DNA of 54,463 bases, filler included, from Streblomastix strix (Eukaryota), in NCBI GenBank assembly GCA_008636045.1. It is 3 parts of 3 records of this genome, joined end to end, with 100 filler letters (N's around TTAATTAATTAA, not from the genome) between each part and the next. Parts side by side here need not be neighbours in the genome. Positions count along the whole stretch, not along the records: positions 1 to 18,093 come from SNRW01000637.1; 2 more parts are not named here. One strand, written 5' to 3'. The notes beneath the pieces were generated by a model, which was not told the origin of the DNA, searched no databases, and worked only from the letters and a program-made list of their open reading frames with translations. Of this stretch, positions 1 through 13,900 are shown piece by piece (position 1 is the first letter of the stretch; each line of letters opens with the position of its first letter). Both the position numbers and the translations under genes were made by a program.

Positions 1-2
1 GA

Positions 3-1103
3 TTATGGGAAGATGGATAAAAGAAAATAACATTAAAACATGTTCTAGAAAAATATAATCCTTTATTCGCACTGAGAGCAATAAAATTTATGAGTCATGA
101 ATAAGACGTTTTCAGTATATTTTAAGGCTATAAATATTAATAATTATCCGCGGTTAATGAGGACCTTATTAATGATTATTTAGAATTAATATATTAAACA
201 ATAGCAGCAGATGATGAAGATTTATATAATTATATCCTAAATTGGATTGCATTTGTTATATAAAATGTAAGAGTAAAATCAGAAGTGGCATTGATATTAT
301 AAGGCAGTTAAGGAATAGGCAAGAACAGATTTACAGATGTTTTATGTGAAGTATTGGCTGGTTATTCAATTAAAAATATTACAGACTTTAGCGAATTTAC
401 AGGACAATTTAATTCAGTAGTTGAAAATATAATGCTTGGAATAGCCAATGAACTTAAAAATTTTGGAGAAGCGAGATATTCGAACATGTATGCGTTGAAG
501 TCGATCATAACTGATGACTCAATAAGAATAAATGAAAAAAATTAACCGCGTCGAACATCAGAAAATGTAATGAATTTGATAATGGTAATAAATAATGATT
601 TCCCTATTAAGATTGAAGCAAACGATAGGCGTTATGTTGTATGTAGATGTATTGCAGTTCATAGGGACGACGTCGAATATTTCACATCATTATCTAATGG
701 CTTCACTACTGAATTTTACAATAATTTATTTACTTATTTTATGACGAGAAATATTTAAGGCTGGAACTAAAGAATCATTCCATTCACAGAAGCGAAAAAG
801 GATATAATTAGAGCATCGCGTTCATAACTTGATGATGTAATCTTATAAAATTATCAAGCTTTTAAGGAAGGCGTGCCTTGCACTATAGCATTATAATTTA
901 AACCATTCGATGTTAAAGAAAAATCATTTTAATTATAGCTCAAAAATAAATGTCAAAGAACATAAAAAACAATATTAGGAAAACGAACATGGATATATAA
1001 ATTGAATGAAGATTTAATAAAATTATATGACAGATTAAGAGAAGAAGACCAAGACATCAATGAATATGCTAACGAAGACAACAACGAACAAATCAACGCT
1101 TGA
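3..1103 (+). CDS. SF3 (D5/primase-associated-like) DNA helicase of a Polinton/Maverick-like element, 5'-truncated by the window edge
   Basis: One open frame with TAR=Gln, ending TGA at 1101-1103, no introns. Walker A ALILQGSQGIGKN (303-326), then GQFNSVVEN..LGIANE (Walker B region), LKSIITDDSIRINEKNQP, NLIMVINNDFPIKIEANDRRY. Confidence 0.85.
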
Positions 1104-1137
1104 ATCTTTAAATAAATTTAATTTTTTTCCTCAATTA

Positions 1138-1548
1138 TTGGCCAGTTGGCCAGTTGGCCACAGCTTTTAATAAAAGTTTCTGACCCGATGCACTCGAAGC
1201 ACTCGGTGCAGTCAAAAGCCATTCGTTATTTAATCCATTTCTTCGTGCCAATAACATATATTTTATTGATGTTTTACGACTCGATGAATGTCGTTAGACC
1301 TCCGCCTGCGGCTCTATGCACTATAAACGTTCAAAAATCACTAACGAAATCATTAGTAAATTGGCCAGTTGTCCAGTTGGCTACAGCTTTTTATAAAAGT
1401 TTCTGACCCGATGCACTCGATGCACTCGGTGCAGTCAAAAGCCATTCATTATTTAATCCATTTCTTCGTGCCAATAACATATATTTTATTGATGTTTCAT
1501 GACTCGATGCACTCGATGCACTATGAACGTTCAAAAATCACTAACGAA
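1138..1548 (+). repeat. Duplicated ~223-bp unit containing 8-mer (TTGGCCAG) and 9-mer (CGATGCACT) tandem motifs
   Basis: Unit 1 starts 1138 and unit 2 starts 1361. Both read ttggccagtt...acagctttt.ataaaagtttctgacccgatgcactcg...aacgttcaaaaatcactaacgaa. Confidence 0.9.
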
Positions 1549-1859
1549 GTCATCAACGAATTCATCTATAAATTTTAGGTTTCCGTCAATAAAATTCATT
1601 AACCAACCCCATCAACTTCACCATGTAGTTATGAGAATATGGAGAGTGCCATACGTTCAAAAATCAACATCATTAATCGATTCATTAATCAACTTCATTA
1701 ATCACTCTCATAATTATATTCATAATTTTCAAACAATAACAAAATCACATATGAATATTCTGGATTACATTATTTTATTACAATTATTTATTTTCATTAT
1801 TTTATTATTATTATTTATTATTATTATTTATTTAACATTATTTTATTTTATTTTTCAAT

Positions 1860-2445
1860 GTGGGGCACTCTCGATATTCTCATAACTACTGTCTGTTCAT
1901 TAATTTATGGATTTTATCGTAGTATAGCACCTTTCGCTACCAATGACACATCACCACATTCATCGTTAATGATATAATTTTTAGGTGATAATTCTATGCA
2001 ATTTAATCCTTATTTTTTCGAAATGAACCCCTAATATTTTCCTCCAATTGCCTTCACTGAAGAAGAATCCTTTATTTTTATCATAAAATTCTTAATCTTT
2101 AATTATGGCATCTAATCGTTACTCTGGACCTCTATTTTTATCACCACTTATCGCTAATGTCAAGCTATCTGTATCTAATTATACTATGTGCATCTTCGTT
2201 AGATCGAATGCTTTGTACAAGAAATTATATATGAAATTGATATAGAAATATTTAGCAGAATCTAAGGTGAAGCATTCTACTTATAAACAATTATTGCTGC
2301 GACAATATTCAAAATCTACTTGAACTGCATGCAGATTATCTGCTATTTCTATATCATGATAATGTGATCCAAATAGATGGGACTAGAAGGTGTGATCATC
2401 ATCATATAATCTTATATTATTATACTTCTCGCTATTCAAAATGAC
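1860..2445 (-). pseudogene. C-terminal fragment of a protein-primed family B DNA polymerase (Polinton-type), truncated and frameshifted
   Basis: ILNSEKY...FTLDSAKYFYINFIYNFLYKAFDLTKMHIVQLDTDSLTLAISG (DTDS at 2164-2175), KILGVHFEK, a 1-nt frameshift in an A-run near 2015, then CIELSPKNY...VAKGA. Confidence 0.8.
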
Positions 2446-2989
2446 TCGAACGAAGATATCAATTGCAGACATTAATCGGCTCCTCTAATTATACGATTCA
2501 AACACAAACATGAATATGAATGATAAATAAAAGAGATCAAATTTAAGTTTAATACTGACAAAGATCGGATTTTATGGTTAGCGTAATAACGTTAAAGCTG
2601 ATGGAATTATGACATTTGGCGACATTGAACGCGAATTTGCAACTGTGTTTGCAAGCAATTAAAGACATTAAAAATTTGCTGTTAAAAGAGCATTTTCCTC
2701 ATCAAACTTTCTTATTGCTATTTGAACTGATAGTTATTATATACAAAAAATTGTTATATACTCTTTTCACCATATTATAATAAACTATTAATGGAAAATA
2801 ATATAGTTATTAAAAGTTGGATTTATAATTTAAGTGATTTTTATGATTTTTATCACAGAATTTTATTCTGTTTTTTTTAATTTTTTTTGTTTGTAAAATG
2901 ACTAAAATAACAATGCAATACATAGATAGAAATATTAGATAATATATTTATATTTATTCAACTCGCACTACATAATAAGTTCATTTAGA

Positions 2990-3370
2990 TCAAAGAGCAG
3001 CAATGGCTTCAATTTCAACAAGAGCTGATAGTGGAAGACCTTTCACAGCAAATGTTGAGCGTGCAGGTGGTTCAACAGAGAAATATTCACCATACACAGC
3101 ATTCATTTCACCAAAGAGATTCATATCTGCCAGAAGCACAGTTGTCTTTACGATGTTACTCATTTGACCTCCTGCTGCTTACACAACGGACTTCAAATTA
3201 TCTAAAACTTGACGTGTTTATCCTTTAATGTCAGTGGCTTCAATCTTTTTCGTCTTCGGATCTATTGGAACTTGACCACTCAAAAAAACAAGATTCGGTG
3301 GAACTTTGATGGCTTGAGAGTACGGGCCAATTGGTAATGGAGCTTCCAAGGACAAAACGACTTTTGACAT
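2990..3370 (-). CDS. ridA: RidA/YjgF/YER057c/UK114 family enamine deaminase, 126 aa, intronless
   Basis: MSKVVLSLEAPLPIGPYSQAI...FLSGQVPIDP...QTRQVLDNL...IVKTTVLLADMNLFGEMNAVYGEYF..PPARS..AVKGLP..ALVEIEAIAAL then TGA. Two in-frame TAA read as Gln. Confidence 0.93.
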
Positions 3371-4281
3371 CTGTTTTCTATGAAGATAAAAAATGTATTA
3401 AATTAACTCATTTATAATATGTTTGGTTAGTAATATAAAATAATGTTGAATCAATCAAATTATAGACCTGAATCAAACTTGCAAACGGATAAAAACGCGT
3501 TAAAATGGAAGGATTATTTGTACTCAAAATATAAAATCGAAAAATTCAAAAAGAGCGTCATCATGTGTTTTGCATAGTTGATATGAAATTTATCGTGCGC
3601 AAAGCATGTTAAAGTAAAATCACACGAGTGCTGGCTGTAATGGCTGAAAAAATCGAGTTTTATTTTATTTTAATTTTTGGTAAAAGATTTAGAACTATTT
3701 GAGTTAAATATAATAAAAAATATATGTAATAATAATAAAATAGAGAGAAAGTAGCAGAATAAGCAAAAAATTTATTGTGTATGCGCTGGTAATGATTGTT
3801 TTATCAGGATTTTCAATTTTATCCTTTTTTTGTGTGATTAATATTGAAATTTGGATTGCATTTGTGTAAATTATAATAATTGATTGAATAATATTAAAAT
3901 ATATTAAAATAATAAATCAGATGCTCCAGACTCACAAATCAGATAAAATCCATAATTTATACATTTCCAATAATCTCCACTCCATAATTTTAACAGCAAA
4001 CTAATGAATAATCTTGACTTCATTCATTCCACATCTAAACACACAACTGGATACTCAAGAGGATTACAAAGAAGAAGAAGATCAAATAAAAGAGATGAAA
4101 GAATGAAGGATAATTTGAATGTTATTGATAGAGTGAAATGAGGATAAAGAATCTATAATAGAAATTAAAAAATAAGTTTAAAAAATAAGTTGTCGGTTGT
4201 ATTTTATTTTCCTATTGAGGAATATAAACTAATAGTACTGGAGTGTATGTGATATTGAGTTTTCAAAGAGAAAAGTTTGTA

Positions 4282-6372
<2,091 letters not shown>

Positions 6373-6944
6373 AATCAATCTAATAATTGAGTTGAAATAA
6401 ATGATTTCCAAAAAAATTATTAATAAAATCAAGAGCAGAATCATTAAAAATAGAATTACGAGAGAAAAAGAAAGAAATATCAAAACGTAAGATAGTAATT
6501 AATAATCTGAGTGAAATATTAAATTATAATGTCAAAAATATAACTAAATGTATTAATGACATTGATTTTAGGAAGTTGATTAGGCTATATGAGAGGTTTT
6601 TCTTACGCTGTTGTATATGATATAGTTTGTACATATTGTTATGTGAGTGCTAAAGTTGATTCAGTGTATATGAGTATTAGTAATAGTTGGATGTGCGAAC
6701 ATTGGCAAAAACCAAATTCTTAAAGGTCTTATGGAGGCCAATCCAAAAATATCGTATTTATTCTTACTAAAATATGTTTTTAAAGCTAATTAAATTATAT
6801 TTAATAATTTTTATTTTTTATATATTAAGTTTGAATTGTTAATATTGCATTGATTGGATAATAATTTCTTGTTAAAACATAAATATACACAAAAATATAG
6901 AAAACGATTATGTGATTTAAAAAAATTTAGATTTGATTTATTAT

Positions 6945-9564
6945 TCAACGTTTTCCTTGTTGGATTACCAAACGATCCACTCCGTTGTTATCTGATCCAT
7001 ATTCATGTTCTAAAAGATCGCCCGTGCTTGAAGTAGTGCCATCAAAAAGGCCATCCGAAGCCTGCGTGAATCCATCGTCATCCTTATCTGAGCCATCTCT
7101 CTTAGATCCTCGTCCACGTGGTCCATCTCGAGCACGTAATCCAGTTCTTCGGAGTTCATTACTTTATGGAGCAGCTCTCCTTCCAACAGGAGCTGATAGA
7201 TCCACACCATCTTCATCAATACCAAGTTCATCAAAGAAATCTGCATTGTTCTTCTTCCCTTATGATTATCCTCCATATTATGACTATCCAAATTAATCAT
7301 TATTCAATGTAGATGCTCTAAGAGATATATTTTTAGCTTATAATAATGCTCTCATCTCTCCATATAACACATTCTATCTCTTACCTTCTTTGTATGTATC
7401 CTTTATAAAATTTAATAAATAAATAATAAATATAATATAATATAAAATAAAATAAATTTAACAATACTGTCACTTCTTTCTTCTATTCACGAAGTTTGAC
7501 CTATAATTAGTGAAGCTCCTTATCCTTAGCTTCATAAAGATCCTTAAATGTACGAAATCCATCAGGAGGTTTAATTGTATTTTTAACTTTAGCATCAGTT
7601 ATTTATCTAATTTCTTATTCAGCCAGACTCTTATGATATTAAGTCTCTAATTTTTCAACTTCTCCTCTTAGTTCAGTAACACGAGATCTAAGAGAGCTTT
7701 ATTCACTCTCCAATTGAACAGTAAGAGTATCATAACTTTATTTCTTAGAATCTCTTGATGCAGATACTTCGCTATACTTCAATCTTGCTTCTCTAAGTTT
7801 ACCCATTGCAGGAGCTAATACACTCTTCTTCTCAGCTATAGTCCTTGTTATATCTCCAACTATCTAAGTATGCTCTTCTAACATCTTCCCTTTAATCTCA
7901 TCTACATCCTACTTCTTCCTGGATATATCTCTCATCTAATTCTCAACTTCTCTTCTTCCTTTAATTCCTCTTTCTTCTTCCATCTTATCAAGTAACTCTT
8001 GTACATTAGAATCTCTGGCTTATAGAAGTTCAGATGTCCTCTATAGAACCAATACTTCTGCATTTAATTCATCCAATTAACTCTTCTATTATTTCCATCT
8101 CATTGCTTTATCTCTCATTGTTGATGTAAGAGTATTCAACTTCTCTTGAATAGAGATACCTCCACTTCCAAGAAGAGCTGCAGATGCTGCTTCTGCTTAA
8201 CTCACAGTTTCCTGTCTCTATTTTAACTCTTCACGAAGCCTCTAAACTTCAGATCTCTTATCTTCCATCTTCTTCTGTGCATCTATTCTCCTGTTCTCTA
8301 CAATCATTGCTTACGATCTGAACATATCTTTGGCCCCTGCTTATAACTTTGATTAACTATCCTATTAATTAGAACTATTGGCTCCTACTCTATTTTGTGT
8401 TTTTCTGTTCAATTATGCGATTTTAGCTTCTTTTTCATTAGTTTCTTTCTAAAGTATCTGAACTTCTCTTTCCAATTCCTTTTCTGCTTATTCATCCATA
8501 ATAACTGCATTTAATTCATCAAGTCTTCTTCTTCCTTATTATAATTATTAAGGTAATTTCTAATAGACTATTTCTCTGAGGTTTTCTACTTCAGATGCTT
8601 AGTGTTACAGAAGTGAATTGGGATTTGATGTATTGGATAATAGAGCTAATTTCTATCTGGCAGCTGTTAATCTTTATTAGGCTTCTTTTTATAGACGTGT
8701 TTGTTCTTCAGTTCTCTGAGCTGTTATTCTTTGTTCTTCTGTGGCTTCACGATACTTTCTCTCAGCTTCAACAAGACGTTCATAGTTTGGCTGAATATAG
8801 AATTGAATAATAAAATAAAATGAGGAAAAAGATTATAAATTATGTAGAATACTATATGAGTGATTCGTTTTGTAGTATCACTAAGTTACTTATTTAAAAC
8901 ATCAATTTCTTCTTCCAATTGCTCATGTTTTTCTTAAAGTGGAGCAGGATCTGGTAATCCTTTTGTTAATTCTTTATATGCCTTGTGTGTTTATTTGAAA
9001 TTCTCCATAGCTTCTATGTACTAATTATTAGCATCTATCAAAAAGTCGTCTTGTGATAGAATATCAGGCGGTATCTCTATACGAAGAAGATATTTTGCAA
9101 GGTAAACGCGCTGCTCATGCTTCTCACGTCCTTCTAACAGCCAAAGCGCAACGGATTGCAGGACAGGTTTCTTCATTTGTTCTAAATCATCTTTGAGTCC
9201 TTCGCTGAGAAGATAATATTAAATAAAAAGCATGATATAAAATTAAGCGCAGTTTCATAAATAATAAAACGAATAAAATGTCATAAAATAAATTGAATAG
9301 ACAGTGGAAAATTGAAAAAAAAACATACAATCCGTTCTTGGGCTTATACGCGAGCGTCCGTGTGAGGAACGTAGCCAAACGAAATGATGTATCTTGAATA
9401 TCCTCTACTCTAATATCTACATCATGGTCAGGGCTTAAAGATGCTGCGATCTCGTTGACGAGGCGCATCCACTCCTGAGGCGATTTCTCGTCCAGCTCTA
9501 CTTATGTTACACGCCTGTTGAAAGGAGGTTTTTTAAGCTACTCTGCAATTGCAGAGAGGGACAT
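6945..9564 (-). CDS. IFT81: Intraflagellar transport protein 81 (about 3 introns)
   Basis: N-terminal CH-like domain (QLKKPPFNRRVT..ELDEKSP..DVDIRVE..TLAYKP), QRVYLAKYLLRIEIPPDIL, long coiled coils, C-terminal DRLVI motif before TGA. Confidence 0.9.
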
Positions 9565-9645
9565 CGCAGCTTAAATTACGGTGAAAAAATTAAAACCTGA
9601 TTTTTTTTAATAATAAATTTTGAATATTTGCTTCAGTTTTATTAT

Positions 9646-10312
9646 TCATAATATTTAATCAAATTTATAATGATCAATTAATATTCGTATTTGCTGAATT
9701 TCATTGTCAAATAACTATTCAATTATTTTTGAAAAATCTTCATTAGAAGTTTTATCTTTCTGCTTTATCTCCTGATTTTCTGGAGCTGCTTGTTAATTGT
9801 ATAATTACTCTTTCTCTTTCAACGTATTATCAGATGTATTTTAAGTTTCTTCATCTTGTATGCTCTGTAGAAAGTTGAAAACTGCATCTTTCTCAGATTG
9901 TTGTTCAAAGAAAAATCCTGTAATTCTTCCATCGTCAAATTACAAATAGAACATTTTATCACTCGCTGATTCCAATCCAAAATTTTCATCCAAAACTGAA
10001 AAAAATATTTTAATATAAACATGAATTCCATAAGATGGAGCAAACGAAAAGTTTTGTCTTAAGCACTAGATTTGTTCAAAATGATACAGCCGTAAAGAGG
10101 TGACTTCTTTCGAGAGTAAACAAATAGTCTTCCATTTACTCCGGTTTTTTTCTGAATTATAAATCAGAAAATAATGTCAGATCAATAAAATACATATATT
10201 AAAAACATCAAACAAGTGATTATCCAACAAATTCATATTCTGCAACTGATGAAGCTTCATGAATGATCTTGTCTAAGTCTGGATCATTCTTCTATAAAAT
10301 CCTAAGTTCCAT
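9646..10312 (-). CDS. DCP1: mRNA decapping activator Dcp1 (EVH1 domain), 2 introns
   Basis: MELRILQKNDPDLDKIIHEASSVAEYEF / KKTGVNGRLFVYSRKKSPLYGCIILNKSS / GRITGFFF fits the Dcp1 pattern LQR.DP.I..I...AS.VA.Y.F..K..VEG.LFVY.R...P..GF.I.NR. Confidence 0.8.
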
Positions 10313-10908
10313 TTTTATACTAATAAACATATTAAAATGAATGAAAAATGAAAATAGAAAATAAATAAAAACAAATAAAATAAAAAGAGAAAAATATATC
10401 TAATTGAGAATAATAAAATCGATAATTTAATGGAAATATGATATAAATTAAGTATATTAATTAAAAACATATTTTAAATCACAATAATAGATATCATAAC
10501 TGACAATAAACTAAATTTTATGAAAAAAATATTTCCTGATTATTCATTAAACAATAATATATATAAATAATGAAATAGGTCGGAATAATATATATACTTA
10601 TTGAATTAGTATTGTGCAGGATATTTAAAGCAAAATATCCAAGAAACAACTGATTTAATTACCACCCCTTTCAATGTCAAAATTCATATGAATATCTAGT
10701 TAATATATTAAAAAATAAACAGCATTTTTTTATATTCTAATTCCAATATCGGATTTATTTTTATTTTCACTTTTCCTCCACTCATTATTGAATAAATAAA
10801 AAAAACAATTAAATATCAGGTGAAAGTGTAGAAGTGAATGATTTGTGAGGAGGAAATAGAAAAAGATTTGGAATATATATATCATCTGTCATCTAAGCTT
10901 ATGATCAT

Positions 10909-13900
10909 TCAATATTATCCATATCCGGAGTATGAGGATGCCATCTTATTTTCCAAGATCTGTTTCAATCTTGTAGCATGGGTTTTCATACGATTATCCT
11001 CAGACTTTGTAAGACGATCTATAAATATATATTGTTAACAATAAGCAATTAAATTAAATATTAATAAATATTTATATCTACATATTCAATATTAATATAA
11101 ATATACCAAGTAGATCATCTCCAATAATCTCTTTTACTCTTCTCCTAACATCTGATTTCTCATTCTCAAGTAATTTGCACAAAAGAGCACATGAATTGAT
11201 GGAAAGAGTTTGAGATGCATTTCTAATTAATATGTATAATAAGAAGTAATTAATAATGGTATAAATTGTTTATTTATAAAACATACGTTAGAAGTTTGGC
11301 AGTCTGGTTAGCAACACGCATTACATCAAATAGTTTACTATTATCTAATAATAATAATAAATAAATTAAATAAATAAATTAAATTAATATGTATAATTAA
11401 CAATAAAGTAATAATTAGTATTTAAACCTCTCCACTTGACTATTTATGTTATTCCATTAACAAGTGCATTGAGTTCATCTGGTTCTTGTTCAGTCTCAAA
11501 CTAATCCATTATATAGTCAATAACCTATTAATATAATAAATACATGTTTAAATGGAATAAAAATGGTATGATAAATGAATTAATTACTTAATATTTTTAT
11601 TATTAAATCAAACATCTTTATATCCATCTGGAATTGTCCTCCCACGAAATGCAAGAAATACACAATAAGCTGTCCTGCGTTTAGCCTTTCAATATTATAA
11701 GCAGTAATTAAATTTATATAATTAATATTATTAATATATTATTATTAACCTTCAATCGATCAGTAGTTCTATGTATCTAGAGCAATCTAGATATTGTTAA
11801 CAGCTCATTGCTCACAATTAATTAGAAGAATGGATTCTATTTGGATCCATATGTATCAGGAATATATTCATTTCCAGCCTATTAATATATAAATTATATT
11901 TAATAACGAATAAATAAGTATAAATAGAAAATATATAATTAGATATCAAATTAATAATAATAATAATAATAATTTATAATCAAACTTAAAGACAATTCTG
12001 GATACAGGAAATAGCATCATCTTCAACCAATGTATTCTTATGTCCAATAAGCTGAGTCAATATTCCCAAAATATTCAGATGTTTGTCAGTCACAAAACGA
12101 TTGACCTATAATTTAGCAGAATGAATAAATAAAAAAAGAATGGAATAAATAATAAAATATTTAATTTAATAATTATATGTATTAATCCTTTTCTTTCACA
12201 CATCACTTGCAGCTGCTTCTCTTGTAAACCTGGTAATCGCTCTCAAATGCTCTTTTGTTACTTGTGTAGCTTAATATTCAATAGTGTGTTATAATTGCTG
12301 TTATTATTATTCACTTAATTCTAATATTTGTTCATCGGTTAGATATCTGTGCAAGTTCTGAATAGGCAATTATGCTCTTTCATCATCTGTGAGAGTAGAC
12401 GTGGGAAGGGAAAGAATTGGATTTGGATTAATATTCGCTAATGATGTTTATTATGGTTGAGAATAGAAGGCGAAAACTGTCTTCTTGAGAACATGATAGA
12501 AACGAGATGCAAGAACTGTAGCTGAGAAATCTGGTTGAAATAAAAATAATTTTATGTATAATCAATAAATAATTATAAAATCTAATAATTTTAAATAATA
12601 AAATATTTTCACCTTTTTTTCTTATCATCAATAATCCAATAACATCACAAAGCATCTAATTTGTTTCATTTGGTAATTTTGATTCAATTATTTTTTATAA
12701 TTGTTCAAATGCAACATGTTATTCTTAATTATCTGTTGCAACAGGTGTATTTTATTATTGAGGTTATTATTATTATTATTATTATTATTTTGGAGTTGTA
12801 TGAACTGAATCTCCTCTAATAGATGAGGTTGAATGATTAATATCTGGATCATATGCTGATTATAAAATAATTATAAAATTAAATTATGAAAATAAATTTA
12901 AAGAATAAAAAAATTTATTTATTTAACAAATAATAATGTTATAATCAAATTCAAACTCCTTTTATTTCTATTTCCTTATTATTCAGGATGCATTTTACTA
13001 TACATCCATGAATTATATTTTCTTTCTTCATCCTTAATAAATTGAGCTTTTCCTTACTAATCTAAATTGTTATATAATTAATCTACATCTGTTTCTCCAT
13101 TCTCTATCATTCTCGTATATAATAATAGGATCTTAAATTGATTGATAAGCTTTGACTGAATTATTTCTTCTTTTATTTCATTATTGATTAATGCTACTTA
13201 TAATGCTCGCACTGGGGGGATCTTATTTTGGTTGATGAGAGATCTATAATAAATATAAAATATAACATAATATATTAATTAATTAACTAATTAATTTATT
13301 AATTGTTAATATTATTATACATGGCTAATTTAGCTTCTTCAGATATAATGGTTGTATCTGGACCTGGTTGAGGTTATATTATTTTTGTTTAATATTAACC
13401 ATTGCTTGTATTATTTAAAATGCTAAATAAATAAAATTATGCATGAAAGAGAATATAAAAGAATGAATAAATGAATGAATGAATTTTGAGTTATAATAAT
13501 TAATATAAATATATTCAAAACTCTTTAAGAATATCAGGAATTTTTGGAAATTAAGTATTTGGACCTACAGGACGAGGTTATGGAGGAAATAAATTATATG
13601 ATGGCTATATGTATTATATAATAGAATAAGAAAATATGGAATTTATTATAAAATATGTTTATTATTTATTTTCTCATACAATCTGTTATCTCACTCCTTA
13701 TCCTTGTTATCCAGGACGCAAATTAGAAACAGTTTAATCTGCATTCTATGGAGCAGGAATTCCCTATAATTGGTTCTATAATCTATTTGTGCCTTAAAGA
13801 TCCAAATTATTCAAAGAATTATTGATTACTGGTGTATTTGTTGGTGTTTATGGAAGATCTAGATAAGAATTAATTAATTTATAAATGTAGTAAAATTATT

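Noticed and set aside
1138..1548. CRISPR-like array
   Set aside because: Short motifs are directly tandem, with no unique spacers and no cas genes, in eukaryotic DNA.
1146..1885. ORF-track proteins over the duplicated spacer
   Set aside because: They are translations of the repeat and AT tract with alternative starts and no recognisable domain.
3724..4141. Possible small two-exon gene on the + strand between RidA and GPI
   Set aside because: Candidate exons did not join in a consistent frame and I recognised no domain.
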